A stretch of DNA of 59,123 nucleotides, from the NCBI RefSeq assembly GCF_000281045.1, contig NW_008246069.1:76492-135614 (forward strand). The letters are read 5' to 3'. The translations under genes and the position numbers were made by a program. Positions 1 to 11,650 of this stretch are shown here, in pieces. Under the pieces are notes generated by a model. It did not search any database. It was not told the DNA's origin and was given only the letters and a program-made list of their open reading frames with translations. The first letter of the stretch is position 1, and the number at the start of each line of letters is the position of its first letter. Origin of the DNA: Saprolegnia diclina VS20. Its lineage: Eukaryota.

Positions 1-26
1 TAGGAATATTACGTCTATAGAGTCGC

Positions 27-1046
27 TTAGTCGACGTCGTCGATGGGCGTCGCCTCGGCGGCCGCCGTCTTGCGCTGGCGAAGTCCATCCGTCGACGCAA
101 TGACCTCGGCCACGTCGGCGTTGTCCTCTTCGGTTGCCACCTCGGACGGTGTGCGACCCTGGTTGTCCTTGGCCGAGAGCAAAAAGGCCGCATCGTCCTT
201 CGAGACGGCCGCAAGGAGCACCTGCGCCGCCTCCGGGCGGCCGTGGAACGCGCACCAGTGGAGCGCGGTCCAGCCGTCGTTGTCGGCTTCGCGGACCGGG
301 ACGCTGGCGTTGACGAGGCGCTTGATAATGTCCTCCGTGTCGAGCGCGCTGCCGCAGGCCACCATGAGGGCGGTCCAGCCGTCCGTCGTCTTGGTCTTGA
401 TCTGGTCGTTCTTGAGGAGGATCGACATGAGGCCTTCAAAGTTGGCTTCGACGCCCATGTCCCAGGCCTTGACGATCGCATCAGCGGCGTTGGCCGTCTT
501 CTTGGCCTTGGCCGGTTTCTTGTCTTCAACGGCGGCAGCTTCCGTGGCCGCGACAGGTGCGTTGAGCGACTCGCCTTCAAGGCGCTCGTCCCAGTAGCGC
601 GGGCCGCCAATGCCAAAGATGTGCTTCTTCAAGATGACGTTGTCGTAGAGGTTGAGCGGGATCATGACCGACTGGATCACGACGACCTGGTTGACGCCAA
701 ACTTGAGGTGGATAAAGCTCGAGATGGCGGCGCCGATCGCAGTCTGCTGGATAAACTCCTTGGCCTTGGCGAGCTCGTGGTCATAGTACGTCGTCTCCGT
801 GAGCGGCGAGTTCTCCGTGCTCGTGTCGAGCGGCGACTTGGGCGTGGGCACGAAAATCTTGGTCGTGTCCTTCTTGGCTTCAACCTTGGACTTGGCGTAG
901 AGGCCGAGGAGGAGCGAGACCACCTGGCACACAAGGAAGCAGGCGCGGGCGCCGTTCAAGATGAGCTCGTTCTCAAAGTCGATCTTCCCCATGAGGAACA
1001 TCATGGGCAGCATGATGAACATGCGCATCGGGCTCTGCTGCGTCAT
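27..1046 (-). CDS. PHO88: Pho88/SND3-family ER membrane protein fused to C-terminal ankyrin repeats (339 aa from first ATG)
   Basis: N-half (KIDFEN...TETTYYDHELAK...FIHLKFGVNQVVVIQSVMIPLNL) resembles Pho88/SND3. C-half has ankyrin motifs DGWTALMVAC, DGWTALHWCAFHG and QGRTP. Single exon. CCAAT boxes upstream at about 1085 and 1123. Confidence 0.8.
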   Translation of the reverse strand: MTQQSPMRMFIMLPMMFLMGKIDFENELILNGARACFLVCQVVSLLLGLYAKSKVEAKKDTTKIFVPTPKSPLDTSTENSPLTETTYYDHELAKAKEFIQQTAIGAAISSFIHLKFGVNQVVVIQSVMIPLNLYDNVILKKHIFGIGGPRYWDERLEGESLNAPVAATEAAAVEDKKPAKAKKTANAADAIVKAWDMGVEANFEGLMSILLKNDQIKTKTTDGWTALMVACGSALDTEDIIKRLVNASVPVREADNDGWTALHWCAFHGRPEAAQVLLAAVSKDDAAFLLSAKDNQGRTPSEVATEEDNADVAEVIASTDGLRQRKTAAAEATPIDDVD

Positions 1047-1959
1047 GGCTGGCGAAATCGAAAGTGGACGTCTCGGGACCGCCGCCAATCAGTGACGTCA
1101 CAGGTCCATTTCGCCTTTTTGGCCAATCACAAGAGAACAGCAAAACAGTGTATTGTCAACACTAATCCAAAACCCTCTCAAACTCGATGTGTGCAATGCT
1201 AGTCCCGCCGGATGTAGTGTAAGATTGCACCCGACGAGGCTGATCCGAACCGCTGGGATTGTACACCACCAAGACGAGCTCTTAGCATGCCAATGCTCGA
1301 GCGATGAATGTGGAAACACCTTACGGGGCGTGTACTCTACCGAGATCTAGAAGAGCGTCATGGACGAGCGTTCTACTGCAGAAATTAAGCTGAAGAAGAT
1401 AGAGGGGCTCGGCTGGCAACATCGGACGGCCGATGACGAGATGAAGCTGTACGGTGCGAGGCTGTGAGTGCGATTAGGCGTGTAGCTAGTGCACTGGCGC
1501 GCTGCTGTTATAGAGTACAATGGATCAGCAAGACCTCGTTGAAAATGACAGGATTGGCGTCAGGTATCTTACACTATTACCGTATGACCGGTATCCAAAG
1601 GTGGCTTTTTGTCGCGATGGACGCGTTCCTCTCACAATCGATAGGATCGCTGTAAAACGCAACGTTAAAGTCCATGCAGCAGTTTAAACACGTCGATTTG
1701 TTGAACTGCTGTTGCCTCCTTGTCTGTCAATCGCAAAGACTCCGTGGCAAGCCCCTCGCTTTCAAACGGTGCTGAAACCAGTCAACTCAAACTCAAATCG
1801 CCCGACGCCAGCTCAGCAACTCGAGTCGTACCGAGCGCGATGCGTCACTCGACACCGCTTGGAACTTCGCTCTCACGTGCTCTCACTGGACGTTCCCTGT
1901 ACGAGTTGTTCCTTGCACGGCGTCAAACTGCGCGTTCAACGTGCACTTGTAGCGACACC

Positions 1960-2562
1960 ATGACTCTGTCAACGTCAACCAGCCTCAACGACGTTGGGCT
2001 GCGTGTCTTTGGACACGAGGACACCGACATACGCGTGTTTCTTCATGCAACGACGTCAATAAGTACGCCCGGATTACGGGTAACTTGCCGTGCAAGAATC
2101 CTGCCGCGGGACAAGGATCTTGCTCGTGCATCCGTGCCTTCACTCGCGTTTGTTGCAGCGAAAAACGCTGTTTCTGGAAATGTGTGGTATTACAATGCCA
2201 AGTCCGAGATAGACGTCTCCCGAGTCCTAGAGCTAGCTGCCGGTATGCAAGCTGCGCAAGAGGGCGATCGCTCAGTGCATGTACATTACGCTTATTGGTC
2301 AAATATGTATATTATTTTAGCCAATCCAATGCGATGCGACCTTGGACCTCGCTGCCGTGCCAGGCTGGTGGCCGGAATCACGTTTGGAAATGAAGTTGTC
2401 CATACTTGGCACATCGATAGAGGACGCTTTGGGGACCCCGAAATGCTATATGAGGTCATCGTTCGAGCAGCACAGCGGCAAGTAGGGACCAAACAGTTAA
2501 ACTTGGCATGTACCACATATACCACAAATACCATAAATACCACAAGTACCACAAGTACCTAA
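1960..2562 (+). CDS. Hypothetical intronless protein (about 200 aa)
   Basis: ATG-initiated part of the 280-codon ORF, with globular-looking composition. Codon use is less GC3-biased than the neighbours and I recognise no motif. Confidence 0.35.
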   Translation: MTLSTSTSLNDVGLRVFGHEDTDIRVFLHATTSISTPGLRVTCRARILPRDKDLARASVPSLAFVAAKNAVSGNVWYYNAKSEIDVSRVLELAAGMQAAQEGDRSVHVHYAYWSNMYIILANPMRCDLGPRCRARLVAGITFGNEVVHTWHIDRGRFGDPEMLYEVIVRAAQRQVGTKQLNLACTTYTTNTINTTSTTST

Positions 2563-3068
2563 AAAAAGCCTCGCTATCGAGCCACACGCTGCTTCGGACG
2601 CAATGACCGTAATGGGAACGACAGCCCAATCAATATCACTACTATGCACCGATATGGGGCGCACTGAAGCTAAAACTATTGCTTTGCCAGGGCGCTTGGG
2701 TTGCAGGGTTTGGTGCTTATCGTGGCTTCAGGATTTTGGCGCGGAAAAACCCGCTCGTTGATTGGCTACCATAATTTTTTAAATAGTGTATTGCAACTCA
2801 AGTGCTACAACGCCCGCTTCGTCATGCACTTTGGCGGTGGTACCTCATCGATAGCCTGCACAACACAAGCGTACTGCTTGCAGAGCTCCTTTGCGAGCGT
2901 AATGTCCGACACCCTGCTGTTCGAAGCTCTTTTTCCTACCACCCATTCACACTATTTCAGAAGTACACAAATGGTGTATCACGAAACCTCTGGCAATCGA
3001 TCTCACTTGCATTCATTTTGACAGGAGGCTCGATTTGGTTGGCTTTGCAGCACGATATTCCAATCGCA

Positions 3069-5408
3069 ATGGACAGCGAGAGCTTGCAGCAGCGCGAGAC
3101 CAAGGCGAAGAACCTCCTCTCGTCGATCGTCGCGCTCGCGTTCGCCGACGTCGATGGCGCCGACACGGACGCGGCCATCTTCTCGGCCGAAGCGCACCAG
3201 ATCCAGGCCATGCTCACCGAGCAACACGTCTTCCGCTTCGTCTTCGCGGGCAACGCGTACACCAAGTTCTTCAACCACTTGATCACCATGTCCAAGAACA
3301 GCGCCGTGTACAAGCAAGTCGCAGCGCTCGAGTACCTCGCCGTCGTCGTCGATGGCAGCGCGGTCGAGCACCTCGAGGCGCGTGTGCCCAAGATCCTTGA
3401 CGTCGTCTTCCACGCGCTCAAGCACCAGCACTCGAGCGTGTGCGCGCCTGCGCTTCGCATCTTTGCCGCGCTCTTGACCAACGCCGATGAGGCCTCGACC
3501 GACGGCCGTCGTGCCATTGTCGACTACGTTGCGCGTATCGTGCCCGTCGTGCTCCAGCACCTCCACGACGTTCCGCTCACGGCCGAGACGACGACGTACT
3601 TTGCCGCGTCCTACGATGCGCTTCTCGCCGGCCTTACGTACCACTCGACCACGTTCCGTTCGTTTTCGACCAAGGTCGAGCAGGCGTGCCTCCTGATTCT
3701 CAACCCGCCCATGGACCTCGCGCTGGCGCGCCTCGTGCTCCCGAGCGCCGCCCGCTGCCTTGGCGCCGTGGCCAACGCGACGGCCGTCGATGCGACAAGC
3801 GCCGCGTGGACGCAGGTACTTGCCTTTTCACTTTGTCAGCATATGTACTCAGCTCGGTGCTTTTAGCTCGTGGAACGGTCGCTGCTCTCGTTGCACTACC
3901 AACTCGACCTCGCGAGCGGCAAGGACAACTCGAGCGAGTCGCGCAACCGACCGGCGTCGCTCAAGAACTGGGTCAAGGACACGACGTATCCGTCGTTGCC
4001 GCTGTACCTCCAGGCGCAGCGGGTCGCCTTCAAGTTTGAAGCCCTCGGTGCATTCCTCGAAGCGCTTTTGGCCAACGGCAGCGTGGCCGAGAAGGACGTC
4101 TCGGCCATCGCGCCCGAGATCCTCGCGCTCCTTCGCCGTGCATTTGGCGTCCGCGCCGACGCGGTCGGCAAGCAGGTCCCGCATCCACCACCGTTTCCTT
4201 CCGAGTTCTTATGCACATCTTAGAGTGCCGTCTCGGAAGATGGTCGTATGCTCCCGAGCAGTGTGCTCTACGGTATCCTGGCGTCGTTGCAGGCCCCGCT
4301 CTACCGCGTGCTCACTTCGCTTTTGCGCCGGGGTCATCTCACCTTGTACCGGTACGCGTCGCTGCTCACCAAGGTCGTGACGCTCGCGTGTCACGGCGCC
4401 ATGCCCGCCGCGCACGACGCACTCCACACGACGCTCCAAGTCGTCGCCAAAGCTCTTGGCGCCGGCGGCTATGCGTCGACGACAGCGTTCGTGCTGCAGT
4501 GGGTCCTCTCGTCCACCGAAGCGCTGCTCGCCCAAGCCAACGCCAAGTCGGGCCTGCAGGTGCAGTCGTCGAAAGCGCTCAACGCCAAGAAGCGCCGGCG
4601 GGACCAACTGCCGCTCGTGACCGAGAGCACGGCCACGTCGCTGCCGCTCACCGACAAGAGTCGCTTGTCAACGCAGGTCAACGCGGCGCTGACGACGCTC
4701 GCGGCGATTTTGTACGCTGCGGGCAGCTGGGTTGCCACCGAGGACCGCGTTCGTATCGCCAACCTCGTCGCGGCCTGCCTCGCCGAGTCGGTGCTCGCGC
4801 TCTCTCCGGACGCCGTGACGCTTCTCGGTCTCGCAAACGCAGTCGTTGTCGACGGCCACGGTCAGCGGGGCATTGCCCTCGCACATTGCATGCAGGCGTG
4901 GTCGAGCCGCCGCGCCGGCGACGCCCGGTACCTCGCACTGAGCGTCGGCGAGAGCATTCTGCATCCGCGCGCACCGCCGATGGCCATCGACTTGACGCCG
5001 GCGACGACCAATCTGCATCGCCAGACAGGTCTCTCGACCAAGCGCCTCTCGGAGAAGCTCTCGAACGACATGGACTGGGACGACGAGAGCGCCAAGGATG
5101 AGGACGAGGATGAAGCGGAGGCCGAGGCGATGGACGACGCTGTCGAGGACGAGGAAGAGGATGATGGTAGGAAGTGCATTTGGTGACGAGGTGACTGAGG
5201 CTCATGGATGGATGATGTAGTCGATGACGAGAAGGACCCGGCAATGAAGCGGCAAAAGGTCGACGACGAGGACGTCGCGGACGTCAACATCGAGGAGGTC
5301 CCGGAGGAAGCCCCGGAAGACGCGACGCCCGAGGTGGAAGCGGTGCCGGTGCCGGTGGCCGACGACGATGAAGAATTTGACTTCCCCGATATCGTCGACG
5401 AAGACTAA
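3069..5408 (+). CDS. RIX1: Rix1/PELP1-like pre-60S ribosome biogenesis (rixosome) protein, 4 exons
   Basis: Introns 3816-3866, 4176-4223 and 5167-5220 (all GT-AG) join the ORFs in frame. HEAT/ARM-like helical body, conserved LHPRAPP motif, long acidic tail ending FDFPDIVDED. Confidence 0.75.
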
Positions 5409-5524
5409 CGTTAGAGGATAGAAGACAGTAGACTCGGACTAAATAAACAATCATATTGCACGCGTAGCTCGTTTTTCGCGCATTCGACGAGCATGAGAGA
5501 TCCGAAACCGAAGACGACGAGCGT

Positions 5525-5956
5525 ATGGGCACCGAGGCCTCGCGCGAGACGCATATGTTGACCGACGAGCGCCCGACGGCCGCCGGCCGCGCGGTGCCAA
5601 CCGCCAAGGCCACGCGCTACGAGGTGCGCCACCTCGTCAACGCGTCCTAATGGCCTTATCGCCCACTACTCGACTAGACTCCTGGCAACAACGACGGCAG
5701 TGACGACGACGAGCCTCGCATGCCGCTGCCGGTGCGAGTGCCACTCCAGGCCACGCGTACAGCCACGCAGCAGCCACCTGCCTACTCGCTGCGGGCGCCA
5801 CCCGCCATGCCAGCGCACTTGCGACCCAAGATTCATCTGCCACGCGCCAATGGCGTCCTTCCCGGCGACCTCGCTGCCGCGCCCACGATCGACGACGACG
5901 ACGACAACAACAACGGAAGCTTGCTGCGGGGCATGTGGCGGGCGCCGAGCCATTGA
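5525..5956 (+). CDS. Small low-complexity hypothetical protein, 2 exons (about 125 aa)
   Basis: GT-AG intron 5624-5677 joins MGTEASRETH...RYE to TPGNNDGSDDDEPRMP... in frame. Coding-like codon use, no homology recognised. Confidence 0.35.
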
Positions 5957-6065
5957 CACGGCAGCGTCGGGAAGCGTAAATTCTGGTTCAGTTCTTAGCA
6001 GAAATAGAGCGATAACTGCCGCCTGTCTACAAGTACAAACCGCTGTGTATGCCACTCGTAGTAGC

Positions 6066-6637
6066 ATGGGCATGGTCTGCGCCAAGTCTGCCCAGCCCAA
6101 CGAGCCGCCGCCGGCCTTTACACCTGCGTCGCAGTGGAACGATCGGCGGCAAGAGTCGTGCGAAGAGGTCGTTGTGCCCATGAGCAACGAAGAGTTTGCG
6201 CTTCGGACGCAGCAGTACGACGCCAACGGAGCTGGGATGTTTGAGAAATTTGAAATGCAGTCGGGCGCCCGCGTTGTGCACTCGACGTCGTCAACGCCCG
6301 AACCATCCATGCACGAGGTAGTACATGCTTCAAGGCTGCGCTCTAGTATCATGGACTAGGACGTCGTGGAGGCTGACCGGGTCATTGACGATGCAACTGA
6401 CAAAGGTACCCCCTCCGGTTAGAGAACGAAAGTGGGATGCTTTCGCTAGCTACGACGGCCAAGGTGCTCAAAGAGCAGGCGCCCATCGGACGACGAACCT
6501 TTGGCGCGCGCATCGTAGCGCCGTCGGCGTCCGTGGGCATCTTGCCGGGACTCTACGACGCCGCGACGCCGGACGCAGACGACCTCGACATTGACCTGGC
6601 GCTACCGATCGGTCGTGGTAAGCCCAGGAGGCCGTGA
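6066..6637 (+). CDS. Hypothetical protein with MGxxC N-terminus (possible myristoylation/palmitoylation), 3 exons
   Basis: Introns 6318-6359 and 6406-6449 preserve frame. Starts MGMVCAKS and ends GRGKPRRP. Confidence 0.5.
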
Positions 6638-6686
6638 CAAATGCAACTCGTCGTATTTATTAAGAAATGGCAATGTAGAGGACTTA

Positions 6687-7597
6687 CTAGTTTATAGCAA
6701 TGTCGGGATTAGGTTGACGAACTGGCTTGCTGGCTGTACTGGAAGAGCACCTTGATGATCTTGGGCAAGTTGGGCACGAGGACGTCGGCGTCTTCCGCGA
6801 GGTCTTCAAGCGACGAGGCGCCGCCAAGGACGCCGATCGAGAGGCCGCAGCCCGCGTGCTTTCCAAGAAGCATGTCGGTGCACGTGTCACCGATCTACGT
6901 GAGAGTAGCAACGCTGGAATCGGTATAGATATCAAGCATACCATGATGGTGTTGTGGGGCGCGATGCCAAGGTTGTGGCACATGGTCCAGATCTAGAATC
7001 TGGTGAGCGATGCAAAGCATAGAAACAATGTACCTGCTCGGGCGCGGGTTTGGCCGGCAGTCCGTCGTCGCCGCATGAGATGGCGTCCACGAGGTGGTCG
7101 ACTTGAAGATGCTGGAGCGTCGCCATGGTCGGCGCACGGTTGTCGGCCGTGCACACGGCGATCTTGATGCCCATGCGTTTGATGGTCAAAAAGAGCGCTG
7201 GAATATCGGCGAGCGGCCGCGACGTGTTGACAGCGTCCGGCATCTGCCATACCTTTTTGATGGCCTTCTCGGCGGCGTCGGCCGCGACACCTTCGTCGAG
7301 GAGGACCTTGACCGCGACTTGGTACAGCTCGCCCATCGGGGTGCAGCAAAGCGCGCCTTTCGATCGAATCGAGCGCGAGATCCAGTCGTAGCCCATGGCC
7401 GTGAAGAGCTTCTCGCGCACGGGCAGCTTGGTCGTCATTTCGAGCTGCCAGGCCACCGACTCGACCCAGCCGCCCCACATCAAGTTGAAGTCGATGAGCG
7501 TCCCGTCCTTGTCAAACACCACGAGCGCGGGCTTGCACGCAGCAGGAGGATGCGTCGAGAAGAGCCGAGTGCTGCGCCGACTTAGAGAGCGCAGCAT
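6687..7597 (-). CDS. HAD-superfamily hydrolase (phosphoglycolate phosphatase-like), probable mitochondrial presequence, 3 exons
   Basis: Motif I VVFDKDGTL, motif II VCT, motif III KPAPE. Motif IV MIGDTCTDMLLGKHAG appears after splicing introns 6993-7033 and 6895-6941. N-terminus MLRSLSRRSTRLFS. Confidence 0.9.
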
Positions 7598-8143
7598 CGT
7601 ACTTGCCGTCGGTGGAATGGATTGTGGCAACACGTCCGCGGATGCTTCAAGATCGCAAGCGCTTCGAAAATCCCAGCATCTGGCTTCGATATTTTAATTC
7701 CATTCCGATACAAATCGGTAGATACACGTGTTGAGTTTTTTATACGAGTATCTATTTATAGCGACTAAGATCTGAACGGCAAACAACTCCAGTCAACTGA
7801 AGCGCGATTCGAGACCAGAGGCAACCTCGTGTCCGGTTGATCTGTGTTGTCTTGGCAGAGCGCCGCTGGGCTTTCCAGAGGAGTAGATACCATATCAGAA
7901 GCAAGAAGCGGTCTGGCCATCAATCGAAACAGCAACTGCAACTGAACCAGCTGCAAGCGGATCTCATCAGAGGTTCTTAGACGTCGTGAAGTAGCTTTGG
8001 CGCAAGCCGCCGTATCTTGAAGATGGGCCAAAGGATCAAGGTCGATTACTCTCCGCGAGCATCTGTAGACGCACAGTTGCTGCAGCCGAACGCACTCGTC
8101 CATACATCACAGCTACGTCCCTCTCTTCATCACACGCACTACC

Positions 8144-8265
8144 CGCCACCAAGGGCCTATGTAGCCACGAACAGCTTGCGCCGCCGTGATCGATGCGGCT
8201 TCAACGCCACCAAGGGCCCATGTAGCCACAAACAGCTTGCGTCGCCGTGATCGATGCGCCTTCAA
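8144..8265. repeat. Tandem duplication, 2 x 61 bp
   Basis: Unit cgccaccaagggcc...gatcgatgcg.cttcaa occurs at 8144-8204 and 8205-8265 with 4 mismatches. Confidence 0.9.
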
Positions 8266-8607
8266 GCTAGGGTTCAAGCCACAAAGTTGCCGGTACGGTC
8301 TCACTTTGACTCGATGCATGCGAACGCTCGCACACGAGCGATGGTTCCTCCTGCAAATATCAAGGTTTCAAGAGATTCCGCAGTAAAGTACAACGTCCAT
8401 AGCTATTGCGTGCTCAGTGGGATCGCACTGAGCACGCAATAGCTATGGACGTTAGTGCTTCACGCCACGACGACGCTCGAGCTGCCACGTGTAGTTCGGA
8501 TACGACAATCCTATCCGGATGACTTTAAATTTCGGCGGATGCCGAAATTAGGACGCTTCCGGAATCCCGAGAGCCGACACCGTCATCATCGCCGCCCTGC
8601 CTGCAGC

Positions 8608-9074
8608 ATGGCCCAGCACCTGCCGAATGCGGGCGCGCTCTTCGGTACGATGTCGATGGTCTACGTGCGCTCATGCATGCCCATGTCGTAGAGCTCCACG
8701 AGCACATCGTAAACAAGCGCCTCGACGATGGACGCATGTACGACGACGACCACCCGCTCGCGTACCCGCAGCAGTCGGCGACCGCCGCCAAGTACCGGCA
8801 ATGGCGGCTCTGCGACGACGTACTCTCCAAGTACAAGGAGATTGCGCGGTCGGGGCAGCACAAGCAGCAGCAAGGCGCGTACATCGAGGCGGTGCTCTGC
8901 ACCGGCCGCGCACTCGCGCCGGCCATCACCGCCCAATGGGTGCACTGCCTCAAGCGCCAAGAAGCACAAGGTCAATGCGCGCTCGTCACGCGCCTCCTCG
9001 AGCGCAGCCTCCGCGTCGAAGGCCAAGAGCTACTGCGGCACATGGCCCCCGAGTTCCACCCCACGACGCTCTAG
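8608..9074 (+). CDS. Hypothetical protein, 2 exons (about 139 aa)
   Basis: Intron 8645-8691 joins MAQHLPNAGALF to ELHEHIVNKRLDD... in frame. Strong GC3 bias. Confidence 0.6.
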
Positions 9075-9134
9075 ATAATACAACTTCACACAGATAACAA
9101 CAACGGCTTCTTGTCCAGCGGCTTAGATGAAGGC

Positions 9135-11028
9135 TTACTGCACAACGTACGCGTCGGTCGAGAGCAGCTGGTCAAAGCCGTACTTGACCGGCGCGTTGTC
9201 GGCAATGCGGAGGACCGAGTCGACGCTCAAGTCGCAGTAGATCGAGCGCGAGAAGAATGAGACCGAGATGGGGAAGAACGCGTCAAGGTCGGTGCCCCGG
9301 ATCGAAAACTCGAGCGAGCCCGAGCTATTTGCGCCCGAGATCGAGTCGAGGTGCCAGAGGAGCGCGCCGTCGGCCGCGTTGTGCCGGTAGTCGCCGTCAA
9401 TGTGCGAGACGGCCGGGAGGTCGGTCGCGCCGAGCGGGATGACAATGTTGACGTTCTCGAGCGTCATGTTGCGGTCCATAGAGTACTCGAGGCTCACAGT
9501 CATCTACGCCAAATGCAAATCCAAGCGACATGTTGAGCGAGAGTAGGTACCTTGCCGTTGCCTTCCTCTTCGGGCCAGCACGTAATGTTGAGTGGCAGGA
9601 ACGTCTCGTCTTGCGTCTTGATGGCCCAGCGCAGGACGGCGACGCGCGACGGCGGGAACGGCTTCGAGTCGTCCTGCACCATATTCAAGTCGATGGGGAA
9701 GACCTGCAGCGACGGCTCTACCTTGAGGGCCAAGATGGACTGCGCTTCAAAGAGCTTCTTGTCGACCTTGGGGTGCGTCTGCAAATGAGAAAATAACAAG
9801 GTGCGCGCTGCAGGGATCGATGCGGGTACCTGAAAATTGATGCCGTTGGCGTTCGAGTGGCGCAAGTGGAGGCGGCACACCGCCGCCTCCGGGTCGTTGC
9901 CCGCGACGTACAAGGAGCCCTTGACCTCGAGCTGCTCGACGGCGCCGTCGCGGTTGAGCGACACGGAAATCTTCTCTTCGATCGCGATCCCGACCGGCTC
10001 CATGCTCACGGCAGCCGCGGGCTCGGGCTTGGCCGACGGCGCAGGCATGCTGGCGGCCGCCATCGCCATCGGGGGGATTTCCTTGAGGTCGTCCTCGGCC
10101 GCCATGGCGTCGAGGAAGCTGTTGCCGGGCTTGGAGCCGCCGAGCTTCATGCCCGACGTCTTGGACGTGGCGACCGAGAGCTTGGGCGCTTCCGTGTACG
10201 TCGGTTCGGGCGACTTGAACGTGCTCGATGACGCCGATGGCGACGCAAAGCCGCTGCTGCTGCTGCCAAAGCCGCCGTACGCCGACGACGACGCGTTGCG
10301 GTTGAAGGGCGACGACATGCCCGCAGCCTTTTCCATGCGCGCCTTCTCGCGCTGCTCTTCCTTGATGCGCTGCTGCTGGCGCTTCATGTCAGCGATCGCG
10401 TTCTCTTGCTTGGTCTTCTGGATCATCAAATGGAGCTTCTCTTCGTGCGACTCCATCTCCATGTTGGTGCGGATCTGCGCGAGGTTGATGTTTTCCGAGT
10501 GGCCGCCGGCGTTGAGGAGCTCGTCAAAGCCAAAGACGAGGTCAAACTGCTTCTCGCGGATGTGGGCTTCCGTGAGCGGGCCGCAAATGTCGGGCACGAG
10601 CTTCGCCATGAGCTGCATCGTGTGCAGATCCTCGACAATGTTGCTCGTCTTGTTGGTGATCAAGAGCAGGAAAAAGTTCTCGATCGGCTGGTACACGTAG
10701 CGCACGCTCTCCGTGTCGATAAACGTGTGCTGGCGCGACTCGCTCGCCAAGAGCTTCGGGAACGCTGTCAAGAGACCCTACATGGACCACCATCATTGGA
10801 GGCTGCCACGCGTCGACGCCATGTACCTCCAGTCGGATCCGGGACACCTCGACGAATTGGCGGGCGACCATGACTAGGCGCCGTTGTCATTAGCCTGCGC
10901 ACGCAATGCCAAGGTGCCTACCTTTGCCATTCTTGGCCAAGAGCGCTGCAGAGAGGACAACCTAGACAAGCAGCCGCGATGAGGATCGCGCGACGCAGAT
11001 GGCCGCCATGGCGCCACGCCCGTACCAT
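9135..11028 (-). CDS. ARCN1: Coatomer subunit delta (delta-COP), multi-exon
   Basis: First exon is the ATG alone, followed by VVLSAALLAKNGK..VARQFVEVSRIRLEGLLTAFPKL, ESVRYVYQP, SNIVEDL, MESHEEKL and a C-terminal mu-homology domain (QTHPKVDKKLF, PLNITCWP, FFPISVSF). Confidence 0.95.
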
Positions 11029-11650
11029 GCTGAGGTAGCTGTGAAGAGGCTAAGATCTATGGCGAGGGCTCGGCGGACGCACGTGCAGCGGCGACGGACT
11101 CTTGTTCTTCGGCCCGTGGGGGAGCTAAAATGAGGTTGAGGAGGATTGCCTGGCGGACGCGCCTTTGCGCCAATCAGCGCCCTCCACCTCCGAATTAATC
11201 ACACCTTTTCAGCCAATCAAACGTGACCAGCAAAAGCCCTCGAAGGCACGTCATATTTCATATCCGTCTCAATATAGGAACATTTCTCTGTACTGTCTCG
11301 AGCCCATGCAGCGCTCCTCGCTTCGGCGGCGGTGGCGCCAATGTATCTTCTGCATGGCGCTTGCGACCTAAAGCCGCAATAGCACTAGTGCTAGTCGGCC
11401 ACCAGAGTACAACTTGTTCAACTTTCAACCCTAGCCCCACTACGAGCCCAATATGACTCGCATACTTTGCCTGGTACTGCAGTCCACGAGAGCTACGTGG
11501 CCAGCGTCGCAGCTTCTAGCTGGTGATGCCACAGAGCCATCCATGCTGTCCCTGCATCGCCCATACTCAAACTGAGATCTTCGTGCTAGTCCATAATGCA
11601 GCACAATGCAGCTTTGTCGCCTTAGGGTTGCCGAGCTGCTGTGACGCGCT

